DNA of 64,000 nt from an uncultured Nitrososphaerota archaeon (GTDB lineage: Archaea > Thermoproteota > Nitrososphaeria > Nitrososphaerales > Gagatemarchaeaceae). The stretch is taken from positions 512,001 through 576,000 of the forward strand of contig CAVRAG010000007.1 of NCBI GenBank assembly GCA_963718895.1, given 5' to 3'. The notes under the pieces are model-generated. The model saw only the letters and a list, made by a program, of their open reading frames with translations, searched no databases and had not been told where the DNA came from. Positions within the stretch are counted from its first letter, which is position 1. The number at the start of each line of letters is the position of its first letter. A program made the position numbers and the translations under genes. Below, piece by piece: positions 37,420 through 47,544 of the stretch.

Positions 37420-37566
37420 ATGGCCAAGTTCGACGGCATAGTCGAGAAGAGGCTCCTCACGGTGACGGAGAAGGAGAACGAGTTGACGCTGGTCTTTGAG
37501 GACAACAGGTACCTCTTCCTCTCACTGAAGGACGGAAAGCTTCACTCCGAGAGTGTCCCGGAGTAA
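37420..37566 (+). CDS. Small hypothetical protein (48 aa)
   Basis: Manual translation MAKFDGIVEKRLLTVTEKENELTLVFEDNRYLFLSLKDGKLHSESVPE; host-like GC3 codon bias. Confidence 0.65.
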   Translation: MAKFDGIVEKRLLTVTEKENELTLVFEDNRYLFLSLKDGKLHSESVPE

Positions 37567-37645
37567 GCCTCGCTGTCCGCGCGGCAGGGCTCCGCGAGAT
37601 GACTCTTAGGCACTGAGGTTCCTCTTGCAGGCGGGCGAGTCGGAC

Positions 37646-38245
37646 CTAGACTTCCGCTTCGTCTTCCTTGATCCCGGACTTGTCGATGGTGAGTATGTCG
37701 ATGCCGTTCCCGCTCATCGAGTCCCTTGCGATCGCCGCCCTAATCGAGGTGATCAGAAGCTCCTTTGCATCTTTGTAGGAGAGTGACGGAGCGAAGCCGC
37801 CCTCGATGACACCCACGGCCATCTCTGCGCCCGTCCCGACCGCTGCATAGTCGTCGGCGATTACGCTCCCGAGCGGGTCCAGGACCCAGACCTTGGGCTT
37901 TACGTCGATCCCGCCCAGGATGACCTGGGTGATGAACGGGGCGTACCGCTGCTCGAACATTATGACTGACATCAGCTTCGCCACCGCCCCCGGCCTCAGA
38001 GTCCTCTTGACCTCGAGCTCCTTCAGCTTTGTGTAGACTCCTACCTGACGTACGAGGTTCTGCATGTCGCCCACCATCCCGGCGCAGACGGCTCCCGTGC
38101 TGTCGGTGACCTTGAAGACCTTCCGTCCAGACTTGCTGAGCACGTAGTTGGCGAGCGTTATCCTCCTCTCCGCACCGAGCACTACCCCGTCCTTGTAGGT
38201 GATTCCAACCGCGGTGGCGCCGGGGATGTAAGCATCGAATGACAA
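37646..38245 (-). CDS. psmB: Proteasome beta subunit, probably non-catalytic
   Basis: PGATAVGI (Ala where the catalytic Thr1 is expected), AGMVGD, DPLGS, VGTGA, RDSMSG. Confidence 0.92.
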   Translation of the reverse strand: MSFDAYIPGATAVGITYKDGVVLGAERRITLANYVLSKSGRKVFKVTDSTGAVCAGMVGDMQNLVRQVGVYTKLKELEVKRTLRPGAVAKLMSVIMFEQRYAPFITQVILGGIDVKPKVWVLDPLGSVIADDYAAVGTGAEMAVGVIEGGFAPSLSYKDAKELLITSIRAAIARDSMSGNGIDILTIDKSGIKEDEAEV

Positions 38246-38280
38246 TTAAACGACCGAGATAAGCCGCCGTCGGCACCTTA

Positions 38281-39327
38281 TTAGCTATTTTGCTCGTTCG
38301 GCCTGATCGACAGAATCCAGGCGGGTCCTGAGGGCTCGACCGAGTAATCCACCTTCATGAACTGTTGCGCTACGTGGAGGCTCGTCCTGAGGTGTTCGGT
38401 GACCTCCGGCGTCACCAGCGAGGACGGGCCCTTGGCGAGGCAGAGGAGCGGGGCCAGCATGTCGGCTAGGTGTGGGTCGACGCAGGCACCGGTGGTGAAG
38501 AACTTTCCGAATCTCCACGCCGCCTCAGACCCCACTCTCAGAGCTGGTTTCCCCCGGGCCCCGATCGAGTCCGCTCCGACGAAGCACGAGTCGTCGACCG
38601 CGCTGACGAGAATCGAACTCCCCGGCGAGAGTGATTCCTCCAGACGGACGTCGACCGTATCCGCCGACAGGCCGAAGCGACCCAGCTCCGAGACCGCCGC
38701 AGACACCTGCTGCTCGGGCACCCGCTTCGGCAGCATGCCGGCTCTGCTGACCAGGGAGATGGGAGGGTCTTTCGTCCTTGTCGGCAGGTCCAGGGGCACG
38801 ACCCCGCGGCACGGTTCTATGCGAATCACCGCCCTGCCGCCTCCGCTCGGGTAGTACCCCCTCTTTGAGACCTCCAGCGAGAAGGTGATTCCGATCTGTC
38901 TCAGGCTCGGCGACAGCACGGTGCTGACGTAGTCCGAGGTCGGGCTCCAGGGAACATCCGTACCTCCGATGAGCTCGAGCTCGAGTCCGACCCCGGAGAG
39001 CGAGATGGCTGGGATCAGCGCCTGGAGTACGAGCGTGACGCTTGCCGCCGTCCCCATGTCGAGGGTGAGGGACCTGTTCTCGGGTCGGCCGGGTGTGAAG
39101 GTGAACTCGGTGGACCCTATCCCCCCGCCCTGGAGTGTCCCTCCGCAGACCTTGCGGAGTATCTCGAGTGTCGCGGCGTGCTGCGGCCTCAGGCCCGGCA
39201 CTCTTCGCCCGGCCCTGACCTTGGTCACCCGGATTGGTCTATCGAGGATTATCGAGAAGAACGTCGCCGTTCGAACAGTCTGTCCGCCGCCCTCGCCGAA
39301 CGAACCATCGATCTCAAGGACCGTCAA
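38281..39327 (-). CDS. rtcA: RNA 3'-terminal phosphate cyclase
   Basis: IDGSFGEGGGQ, GLRPQH, GGTDVPWSP, RGYYPSGGG, DPHLAD, TEH. Confidence 0.95.
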   Translation of the reverse strand: MTVLEIDGSFGEGGGQTVRTATFFSIILDRPIRVTKVRAGRRVPGLRPQHAATLEILRKVCGGTLQGGGIGSTEFTFTPGRPENRSLTLDMGTAASVTLVLQALIPAISLSGVGLELELIGGTDVPWSPTSDYVSTVLSPSLRQIGITFSLEVSKRGYYPSGGGRAVIRIEPCRGVVPLDLPTRTKDPPISLVSRAGMLPKRVPEQQVSAAVSELGRFGLSADTVDVRLEESLSPGSSILVSAVDDSCFVGADSIGARGKPALRVGSEAAWRFGKFFTTGACVDPHLADMLAPLLCLAKGPSSLVTPEVTEHLRTSLHVAQQFMKVDYSVEPSGPAWILSIRPNEQNS

Positions 39328-39406
39328 CCCGCGCCTCCAAGAAAGACTGCCGGGTCCGGCCACCCCGAAAACCGCTTAAATAGTCAACGAAACTCGGTTT
39401 GAAGAG

Positions 39407-39943
39407 ATGCCCAAGACAGGGGTGGGGCTCTTCGTGGGGAGGTTTCAGCCCTTTCACAACGGACACCTCGCCGCGGTGAAGTACGCCCTCAAGCACGTCG
39501 ACTACTTGTACATAGTCGTGGGGAGCGCGCAGAGGAGTCACGAGCGCGACAACCCGTTCACCGCAGGCGAGAGGATAATGATGATCAAGGCGGCCCTAGA
39601 CGAGGCGGGGGTAGACGCTAGGAGGTGGATGCTGATACCAATCAACGACGCGCAGTCGCACTCGGTCTGGACGGCGACGCTGAAGTCCACGGTCCCGAAG
39701 TTCGACACCGTCTATTCCAACGACACACTCACCATACGCCTCCTGAAGGAGGAAGGCATCACGGTCACACCCATACCTTACCTCAACAGGAGCGAGTACT
39801 CAGCGACGAACATCAGGACCAGGATCCTGGAGAGGAAGGACTGGAAGACCCTCGTGCCTCCCGCGGTGGAGCGGATGGTGAAGGACCTTGACGGGGTCGG
39901 CAGGGTCCGGAGCATGATCACGAAGGACACGGAGGCGTCATAG
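39407..39943 (+). CDS. nadM: Nicotinamide-nucleotide adenylyltransferase
   Basis: GRFQPFHNGH, GSAQ, NPFTAGER, SATNIR. Confidence 0.95.
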   Translation: MPKTGVGLFVGRFQPFHNGHLAAVKYALKHVDYLYIVVGSAQRSHERDNPFTAGERIMMIKAALDEAGVDARRWMLIPINDAQSHSVWTATLKSTVPKFDTVYSNDTLTIRLLKEEGITVTPIPYLNRSEYSATNIRTRILERKDWKTLVPPAVERMVKDLDGVGRVRSMITKDTEAS

Positions 39944-39944
39944 C

Positions 39945-41090
39945 ATGGAATTCCCGAAGAGGAAGCTGATAATGCTCCCCGGCCCCACGAACGTCCCCGA
40001 CAGGGTGATGGACGCTATGATCAAGCCTATGATCAACCACAGGGGCGAGACGTTCACGAATCTCCTGAAGGATGTGACCGAGAAATCGAAGCATCTCTTC
40101 CAGACGGCCGAGAGCCCCCTGATCCTGAGCGCCTCGGGTACGGGAGGTGTCGAGGCCGCGGTCTGGAACTTCGTCCGACCTGGCGACAAGGTCGTGGTCC
40201 CGGTCTACGGAGAGTTCGGCTCACGCCTCTCGGAGGCGGTAGAGCTGGCGGGCGGCGAGGCTATCAGGGTCACATCGGAGTTCGGGACGGTCCCGAGCCT
40301 GGACGCAGTCGAGGACGCCATCAGGAGGACGAGCAACCTCAAGGCGGTCTATCTGGTCCACAACGAGACGAGCACCGGATGCACCGCCCCCTACGTCCAG
40401 GAGCTGGGGGAGATCACGGCCGAGAAGGACGCCTTCTACGTCGTCGACGCGATCTCGAGCCTCGGTGGCTACGCGATTCCGGTTGACAGGTGGGGTGTCG
40501 ACGTCTGCGTGACGGGAAGCCAGAAGTGCCTTGCGGCGCCGCCCGGGCTCTCCCTTCTGTCACTGAGCAAGAAGGCCTCCGAGTACGTAAGGAAGGACCC
40601 TCCGAAGGTGAGGTACTTCGACCTTGCGCGCCAGCTAGACTTCCTGGCCCATGGCGAGACGCCTTTCACGCCGGCAATCCCGCTCTACTATGCGCTCGAC
40701 GTGGCGCTCGACATGCTTCTGGAGGAGGGGCTCGAGAAGAGGGTCGAGAGGCACGCTCGGCTCGCCGGCAGGTTCTATTCGGTCCTCGAGGCCCTGGGCC
40801 TGAAAGCGTTCGCCGACCCGAGGTACAGGTCGAACACCGTGATAGCGGGGCTCTACCCCGACGGCACCGACGATAAGCTGTTCAGGAAGAGGATGAACGA
40901 GGAGCACGACATCGTAATGGGCGCGGGGTTCGGGGCCATGAAGACCAAGATGTTCAGGATAGGCAACATGGGCGAGGTGAGCACGGCTCACATGAATAGG
41001 ACGTCCGCGGCGATGGCCCTGACGTTGACCAAGATGGGTCATCCGGTGGACATGCAGCGGCTCGCCGGAGTCCTCGAGGCTGGCAGTTAA
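39945..41090 (+). CDS. Class V aminotransferase (serine-pyruvate/alanine-glyoxylate type)
   Basis: PGPTNV, HRG, SGTGG, HNETSTG, DAISS, GSQKCLAAPPG. Confidence 0.93.
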   Translation: MEFPKRKLIMLPGPTNVPDRVMDAMIKPMINHRGETFTNLLKDVTEKSKHLFQTAESPLILSASGTGGVEAAVWNFVRPGDKVVVPVYGEFGSRLSEAVELAGGEAIRVTSEFGTVPSLDAVEDAIRRTSNLKAVYLVHNETSTGCTAPYVQELGEITAEKDAFYVVDAISSLGGYAIPVDRWGVDVCVTGSQKCLAAPPGLSLLSLSKKASEYVRKDPPKVRYFDLARQLDFLAHGETPFTPAIPLYYALDVALDMLLEEGLEKRVERHARLAGRFYSVLEALGLKAFADPRYRSNTVIAGLYPDGTDDKLFRKRMNEEHDIVMGAGFGAMKTKMFRIGNMGEVSTAHMNRTSAAMALTLTKMGHPVDMQRLAGVLEAGS

Positions 41091-41134
41091 AGGATTTAAA
41101 GCGAGCCAAAAGCACGGTGGTGCTTCAAACGAAA

Positions 41135-41914
41135 ATGTCATTTGAGAAAGGCACCCTAATCTATGTGAATTACACGGCCAAGGTGAAGGACACCGGCGAG
41201 GCCATTGAGAGCACCGTAGAGGAGGAGGCCAAGAAGCTCAACATCTACGATTCTGAGAGGAGGTACGAGCCCAGATTGGTATCCATAGGCGAGGACTGGG
41301 TGCTCAAGGGGCTCGACGAGCAGATAAGCAAGATGGGTGTCGGGGAGCGCAAGACGGTCGAGCTCTCCCCCGAGAAGGCCTGGGGTGACAGGGACCCCTC
41401 GCTGCTCCGCATGATACCGATCAGGAAGTTCGGCGAGAAGGCGGGCGAGCTGACGGTGGGCGATGCCGTGGAGGTCGACAACAGGATGGGGGTCGTGAGG
41501 TTCATCGGGTCGGGCAGGGCGCAAGTGGACTTCAACCATCGCCTCGCAGGAAAGACCCTGATCTATGACGTTGAGGTAGTCAGGAAGGTAGAGACCGACG
41601 ACGAGAAGGTCCGCTCGCTCATCAAGCGGAGGTTCCCGGGCGAGCTCGGCGAGAAGATGGAGTTCACCCTGCAGCCGGACGACCTGACCATCGAGGTCCC
41701 GGAGCCGGCTTTCATGGCTGAGGGGCTCCAGATTACGAAGCGGGGGATAGCCAACGACGCCGTGCACTTCCTCCCCTCGGTCAAGAAGGTGACCTTCAAG
41801 GAGGTATACGCCAAGAAGGGGGAGCCCAAGTCAGAGAAGGCGGCGGAAGTGAACGAGACAGCGGCCCAGCCCGAAGAGAAGACGGAAGAAACCGCTGTGG
41901 AATCGAAGGCTTAG
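41135..41914 (+). CDS. Long-type FKBP peptidyl-prolyl isomerase (SlyD-like)
   Basis: PEKAWG, VDFNHRLAGKTL. Confidence 0.92.
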   Translation: MSFEKGTLIYVNYTAKVKDTGEAIESTVEEEAKKLNIYDSERRYEPRLVSIGEDWVLKGLDEQISKMGVGERKTVELSPEKAWGDRDPSLLRMIPIRKFGEKAGELTVGDAVEVDNRMGVVRFIGSGRAQVDFNHRLAGKTLIYDVEVVRKVETDDEKVRSLIKRRFPGELGEKMEFTLQPDDLTIEVPEPAFMAEGLQITKRGIANDAVHFLPSVKKVTFKEVYAKKGEPKSEKAAEVNETAAQPEEKTEETAVESKA

Positions 41915-42948
41915 ATAACGCCGGTGTCTTCCGCCAGGGCGCGCGCAGTACGACTCGTAAGCCCGACCCTTGAGAGTATGGTGTACCGGTCCGGGCGTAT
42001 CTCGGATGCCCTGACCAACGCCTCCACGACCTGATCGTCCGATACTGCTATCTCTTCGGCCGTCGTGGGAGCCTTGACGTCCTTCAGGGCGGAACGTATT
42101 GCGCGCCAGTCGAGACCCTGAAGCTTCGCGACCAGTATGGTCCCGATACCACACTTCTCGCCGTGCAATCCCTTCCCGGGGGAGATCACGTCCAGCGCGT
42201 GGCTGAAGAGGTGCTCTGAGCCGCTGCAGGGCCTGCTGCTCCCAGCGATGCCGGCGGCCACGCCCGTGCTGATGAGGGCCTCGACCAGCTCGCGGACGGC
42301 GGATCTGTCCCCTCTTCCCATCTTCTCCGAGTTGTCGATTATCAGACGTCCGCTCATCAGGGCCAGGTTCGCCGCGTACTCCCCGTAGTACTCCCCGGTC
42401 GCTTCGTGACCTAGCTGCCAGTCCTTGACCGCCGTCAGCTTCGCGACCAAATCCCCGCAACCCGCCGAGAAGAGCCTCGGGGGCGCGTCCGCAATGACTT
42501 CGACGTCGGCGAGTATCCCGAGTGGGGGTTTGGACTTTATCGAGTAGTGCTTCTCTGTCCCTCTAATCGAGGCGAAGGGGCTCGCGATGCCGTCGTGGGA
42601 GGCGCTCGTCGGGACAGAGAAGAACGGGAGCTTCAGCTTCGACGCCGCGAGTTTCCCGACGTCTACCGACTTGCCTCCTCCCAGGCCGATTATACATCTC
42701 GCCTCTCTCGAGGCCCTCATGACGGCGCGGACGTTCTTCATGTCCGAGAGCTGCACGTCGACCCAGTTCACCCTCCCCTCAAGGGAAGAGGCAACGACCT
42801 CCCGGACCTTCTGCTGGACGTTGAGCCCGGAGGCGACCACGATCCTTGCGCTCCGCGGCATCTCTATGAAGGTCCCCAGGAGCCTGAGGACGTCCTCCCC
42901 AATCAGAATCCTGTGTGGGAGCTCCATCAGGTGCAGGTGGGAACGCAC
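41911..42948 (-). CDS. egsA: sn-glycerol-1-phosphate dehydrogenase
   Basis: GGGKSVDVGK, PTSASHDGIAS, SRPCSGSEHLFSHALD, LHGE, RPDRYTIL. Confidence 0.96.
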   Translation of the reverse strand: MRSHLHLMELPHRILIGEDVLRLLGTFIEMPRSARIVVASGLNVQQKVREVVASSLEGRVNWVDVQLSDMKNVRAVMRASREARCIIGLGGGKSVDVGKLAASKLKLPFFSVPTSASHDGIASPFASIRGTEKHYSIKSKPPLGILADVEVIADAPPRLFSAGCGDLVAKLTAVKDWQLGHEATGEYYGEYAANLALMSGRLIIDNSEKMGRGDRSAVRELVEALISTGVAAGIAGSSRPCSGSEHLFSHALDVISPGKGLHGEKCGIGTILVAKLQGLDWRAIRSALKDVKAPTTAEEIAVSDDQVVEALVRASEIRPDRYTILSRVGLTSRTARALAEDTGVI

Positions 42949-43243
42949 GAGGCCGCGCGGGGAAGACGAGATATAAGCTTCGTCAGAACGTTCCTTCAGA
43001 GATCTGGGCATCCTGGCGGACGAGTTCGGGTCGAGACGATCTATCGGATTGTTTGCCGGTGCTGAGAACGCCCGGGGTGGCCTGCGTCGATCAGGAGCCG
43101 CGAAGGTGAATCCCCGGTCGGGATCCATCACAGGCGTCCCGAAACCGATCCAAGGACGGCGTGGATTGGGACCGACGAAAATGGCCGCGAATCAGAAGCC
43201 CTGCCTCGAGCATTCTCGCGGCGTGCCCTTCTCGGGACCGCGC

Positions 43244-45199
43244 TCAACCCAAGGGGGTCATATTCTCGTCAGCCGAGACGGTCTCGGGCTCAGGGGCGAG
43301 GTACGGCTCTCTTCTGAGAACAAAGTAGAGGTTCACCAGGAGGGTGAGTGCCGCCCCAGCCCAGACGAGCCAGATGCCCGGTATGGTTTGGACCGTGATT
43401 CCGACGAGGATGGGGTTTGCCGAACCTCCGTTCTCGAAGACCTGGCTGGTCGCTTGGTCGACACTCGCCGAAGGGCTGGCCACCACATATACGTCCTGAG
43501 TCAAGGAGGAGTAGATGGACGGAATGGAGAAGAACACGTCTTGAACGGGGAAGAACTTGAGAAGGGTGCGGGATGCCCCCGTCTGCCCGTTTATGGAGTA
43601 GGTCACCAGCGTGTCTGTCGTCGCGCGGACAATCCCGTGTCCGGGCATGTCAACCGTGCCAGCCCCAGGCGTCGTCGTGATGCTGATAACCGTGAGCGTG
43701 GTCCCGCCGACGGTCACGCTGTCCCCGACCCCCATCTCGCCCGAGAAGGTGGTCCTCGTCGAAGCGCTGACGAACACGCCTATCAACATGATGCCGAGGC
43801 CTAGCACGGTCAGGTACCTGACCGTTGACGCGGTTGGCGCTCTCTTCGGAAGAGAAGAGAGAGTGCCTGCGACACCAATCCCGGCGCCGGCAGAGAGGGC
43901 AAGCAAGAATGGAAGTCCGACCGCGAGGTAGGGGCTCGCGGTCAGAACATTCGCGAACCAGAGCCCCGCGCCGACCGCCAGGAGGATTGGGCCCAGGATC
44001 ACGACGTACTTCATCGAGGGTCTCTCCATGCCGCCCTCCACGGAGAGCAGTGTCGAGAGGGCCAAAACGAACAGAAAGCTGACGTAGTTGTGCAGCGCCG
44101 GGCTGGTCGCGAACATTACTCCAAAGTCACTGGCGAAGACTTCGAGGAGCAACAGCACCAGGTTTGCGACTGAGAGGAGCACGAGACACCAGAACTCGAG
44201 GAGGTAGAACTCGCCTTTGACCGGTGCCGTCCTGAGGACAGGGGACGACCGGGACTTGAAGGCTGCCCCCAACGAGAAGATGACCGGGAAGAGGGCCAGG
44301 ACGATGAAGGGGAGCCCCGTCGCCAGGTCTCCGTAGGAGTGAAGCGATTCGACCGAGGAGCCCCTCGCGACGTACGAGATGAGGAGCAGCGTGGAGGTAG
44401 CCAGTGTCATCCCGAAGAGTTCGAGGTTCCCGCTGCCCAGCCGTCTCGCGAAGAGGACGGCGGACAGAGCGAGCCACGGAATGAGCGCGGAGGTCTCTAT
44501 CGGGTCCCACGACCAGTAACCGCCCCACCCGAGTGTCTGATAGGCCCAGACTCCCCCCAGAGCTATTCCTGCTCCCAGAAGGACCCAGGCCCCCGTGAGC
44601 AGTCTGCCATCCCCAAGGCGGGAGCCCTTGTTGGAGGAACGGTTGCTCAGGACGCTGCAGTATGCGAACAACACCACCACGTACGCGCCAAGAACCGTAG
44701 GAGGGTGGATGGCCGCCCAGTAGCTCTGAAGCGAGGGGGTCAGACCCAACCCGTTGGACGGAGAGGAACCGAGCTGCGTGAAAGGGCCGACCATGACAAC
44801 AGCGACTAGGAAGTAGAAGATGAGGAAGGAGACGACCATGCTCGTCACGCGGCCCTCGTCGCGGGTAGACAGCGCTTTCAGCTCGTGGATTAGCAGTCCG
44901 ACCCCCATCATCACGACGAGAAGGAGAATCGACCCACCCGCGGTCGTCCACGATGCCGTCAGCTTGTAGAGCTGCGGAAGACCCGACGAACTGCTCTTGT
45001 AGACATCCTCCAGGGAGAAGTTGTTGGTCAGAAACGCGTAGACATAATCGAGGAGAAGGGCAAGACTGGGGATCAAACCAATCGAGAGGAGGTAGCGTGC
45101 TGGCTTGACCCTCTTGGCGATGAGGAGGGCCAGCCCAGCCAGATAAATCGCCATTGCAGCGTAGACGACCGCGACTTCCCACAAGGTGAACTTTCCCAC
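43244..45199 (-). CDS. ccmF: Cytochrome c maturation heme lyase CcmF/NrfE
   Basis: GLTPSLQ, IHPP, WAYQTLGWGGYWSWDPIE (WWD motif), SLHSY; many TM helices. Confidence 0.9.
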   Translation of the reverse strand: MGKFTLWEVAVVYAAMAIYLAGLALLIAKRVKPARYLLSIGLIPSLALLLDYVYAFLTNNFSLEDVYKSSSSGLPQLYKLTASWTTAGGSILLLVVMMGVGLLIHELKALSTRDEGRVTSMVVSFLIFYFLVAVVMVGPFTQLGSSPSNGLGLTPSLQSYWAAIHPPTVLGAYVVVLFAYCSVLSNRSSNKGSRLGDGRLLTGAWVLLGAGIALGGVWAYQTLGWGGYWSWDPIETSALIPWLALSAVLFARRLGSGNLELFGMTLATSTLLLISYVARGSSVESLHSYGDLATGLPFIVLALFPVIFSLGAAFKSRSSPVLRTAPVKGEFYLLEFWCLVLLSVANLVLLLLEVFASDFGVMFATSPALHNYVSFLFVLALSTLLSVEGGMERPSMKYVVILGPILLAVGAGLWFANVLTASPYLAVGLPFLLALSAGAGIGVAGTLSSLPKRAPTASTVRYLTVLGLGIMLIGVFVSASTRTTFSGEMGVGDSVTVGGTTLTVISITTTPGAGTVDMPGHGIVRATTDTLVTYSINGQTGASRTLLKFFPVQDVFFSIPSIYSSLTQDVYVVASPSASVDQATSQVFENGGSANPILVGITVQTIPGIWLVWAGAALTLLVNLYFVLRREPYLAPEPETVSADENMTPLG

Positions 45200-45346
45200 T
45201 TCCTCTCTCGTTGTGAAGGTATTAATCCACAGAGACGATTCCTGCATTTGAGAATCAGGAGGGCGGAACCCTGGCTGGCGGAAGGTACACGCAGCCCACT
45301 GGCGTGCTAAGACTTAACAACCGAGCACGGGCGCGGATACAGCGCT

Positions 45347-45907
45347 TTGAGGGCCAACGTCAGGGGAGCGATCTTCTACGTCTTCCTTGTGGCGTTGATA
45401 GTTCTAGGTGCCGAACTCATACTCGACGACTCCTCAGCCGGCTCGCCGGTGTACGTCGTCGTTTCCGCGAGCATGACGCCGACGCTCCAAGTCGGGGACC
45501 TAGTGCTGGTCAGGCCCGTGCCCTTCAGCAGCATCCATGTTGGTGACGTGATTGTCTTCTCCAGACCCACAGCTGGCGGGACTTGCGCGGGGGAGATAAT
45601 TGTCCATAGAGTGGTGGGAATCGCGAGCGACGGCGGCCTCATCACACAGGGCGACAACAGGGGGTCGAACCCGATGCCCGATGAGCCTACGGAGTGGCCC
45701 TACGTTACGCCAGAGTGTGTGAAGGGGGAGGTCATATTGTCGCTCCCATACCTTGGGTCGGTTTCCACATCCTTCCCACCTCCCTACGACTATGCCCTGC
45801 TGGCTGCGATCCTAATCCTGATCTTCTTGGTGGAGCTTCTCGGCGGCAGGGATGACTCGAGTGAATCTGCTCCTCCACAGCGACCGGCGCGGTCTATCCG
45901 GTCATGA
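45347..45907 (+). CDS. Signal peptidase I (archaeal Sec11/SipW type)
   Basis: SASMTPTL..GD, IVHRV, TQGDN. Confidence 0.9.
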   Translation: MRANVRGAIFYVFLVALIVLGAELILDDSSAGSPVYVVVSASMTPTLQVGDLVLVRPVPFSSIHVGDVIVFSRPTAGGTCAGEIIVHRVVGIASDGGLITQGDNRGSNPMPDEPTEWPYVTPECVKGEVILSLPYLGSVSTSFPPPYDYALLAAILILIFLVELLGGRDDSSESAPPQRPARSIRS

Positions 45908-45979
45908 CGCCAGGCGCTTGGGCCACTTCCAGCGTCGTCGACTCCGAATCTCGGCGGTGCGCGCCCGGAGAGGAACCAG

Positions 45980-46336
45980 CTACCTCGCGAAGAGTCTTGC
46001 GAGATCGGTCGTGGTCAGGATGCCCACGGGCTGTCCGCCGGCCATTACGACCAGCCTACCTATCCCGTTCTTCACCATGATCCTGGCGGCCTCGGAGACC
46101 GACTCTTCAGGCCCGATGGTGATCAACTCCTTCGTCATGACTCGCGAGACCTCGAGCGCATCGGGTGGGAGATTAGGTGCCAGAACCTTGTGAACTAGGT
46201 CCCATTGCGTGAGGATGCCGACGGGTCGCGCTCCCTCTACCACCAGGAGGCATCCCTTTTGGACTTCGCTCATCTTCGTGGCGGCCTCCGCGACAGTGGC
46301 ATGTGGTCCGATTGCTCGTATCACGCGCTTCGTCAT
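45980..46336 (-). CDS. CBS-pair domain protein
   Basis: VGILTQWDL and VGILTTTDL; start uncertain. Confidence 0.85.
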   Translation of the reverse strand: MTKRVIRAIGPHATVAEAATKMSEVQKGCLLVVEGARPVGILTQWDLVHKVLAPNLPPDALEVSRVMTKELITIGPEESVSEAARIMVKNGIGRLVVMAGGQPVGILTTTDLARLFAR

Positions 46337-46717
46337 CAAGTCCGAGACACGCGTCGACGACGCCTTTGTCGATGGAGGCCCGTAGTCATGGTCAAACTGA
46401 ACATGGGGCCGCAAATCTCTTTTCCTTCAACGGATTGGAGAAGAGCAGGTACTTAACGAAGATGTAACGGACGCACCTAAGATGCTTGCACTTGACACCA
46501 CAGCGGATGGCGATACGGCCGTGCCCCTACCTGGTCCCACCTGCTCCCATCTGGCCCCGTTTTGCGATCGTGGTGATCCTACGGCTTGGACCGATGCCGC
46601 CCTATGATTCCCAAGATTGAGAAAGGTATTCCACGTTTATTACTCTGATTGAGGGGTCATTCAAACTACAGTGATAACCCTTGCAAAATAGGTGTTCACC
46701 AGAGGAGGACAAAGCTC

Positions 46718-47254
46718 GTGTTCGAGATAGAACATGACCAACCGAAGAGGACCGCCTCTGCAACCTTCAGGATCAGCGAGAAGGCGTATCACGCTCTCCA
46801 GAACGAGGCCAAGAAGCAGGACACCAGCCTCAACACGCTGGTGAATCAGGTCTTCGACACCCACATCAACGACCGAGTCTTCAGCGAGAAGCTGGACTTC
46901 ATGAGGGTCAACAAGCTCAGTTTCCGAAGAATACTAGAAGGGACGAGCGACGAGGCGCTCAGTGAGGCCGGCCGATCTTCAGGGACGGAGACCGTCAGGA
47001 CCGTAACGCTCGGAAGAAGCGGGGTGATAACTCTGGAGAGCGTATTGGAAACGATCTCTGAGCTCTCGGAGTTCAGTGACTTTGCACGGTACAGCGAGAT
47101 CGAGTCCACGGGCAGACGGGTCATCGTCCTGACGCACGAACTCGGTCCCAAGTGGTCGGTGTTCATCCGAAGCTTCGTGAACGCCGCCTTGAGGCTTGTC
47201 AATCGCGAAGCGAAAACGACCGTGGGCGATCGGTCTGTAGTCGTCGAGATCTAG
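46718..47254 (+). CDS. Hypothetical protein with N-terminal ribbon-helix-helix
   Basis: ATFRISEKAYHALQNEAKKQDTSLNTLVNQV; C-terminal HELGPKWS. Confidence 0.7.
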   Translation: MFEIEHDQPKRTASATFRISEKAYHALQNEAKKQDTSLNTLVNQVFDTHINDRVFSEKLDFMRVNKLSFRRILEGTSDEALSEAGRSSGTETVRTVTLGRSGVITLESVLETISELSEFSDFARYSEIESTGRRVIVLTHELGPKWSVFIRSFVNAALRLVNREAKTTVGDRSVVVEI

Positions 47255-47544
47255 TCTCGCCCACGACCATAGAAATGGAGCCCCCCGAGGACCGCCAGAG
47301 TCATCTGGAAAGGCCTACCGTCACCTTCTGAATCTCGACAGGTTGATGGCACTCGTGCGCTCCAGAAGAGAGCGACCGCCGCCGAGTTTCTGTTGCAAGA
47401 GAACTCTCATTAATATACACTTTTCGGATTCTTACTTCATCTCGTGATTGACGGCGCGTTCTGGACACCAGAAAGTTAATTAAGCGACCTCGTTTCACGG
47501 TCTTCGTCCCTCCGGGGCGACCTGTCGGGTTATCGTGAAACAAG

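Noticed and set aside
37595-37620. Second C/D-like motif (AGATGA-10 nt-CTGA)
   Set aside because: No partner box pair and no recognisable rRNA complement.
37646-38245. Proteasome beta subunit lacking the catalytic Thr
   Set aside because: A second non-catalytic beta paralogue is already known in TACK archaea.
43050-43115. TPP riboswitch-like words (CTGAGA...GATCAGG...GCGAAGG) in the egsA-ccmF spacer
   Set aside because: Stems and the TAAT loop are missing, and there is no co-oriented downstream gene.
46529-46559. Three imperfect 10-mers (ACCTGGTCCC-like)
   Set aside because: Too short and degenerate, with no spacers; not CRISPR. No CRISPR array was seen anywhere in the window.
47272-47290. 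TGGAGCCCCCCGAGG resembling a tRNA 3' end (att site)
   Set aside because: No T-loop, integrase or matching tRNA in the window.
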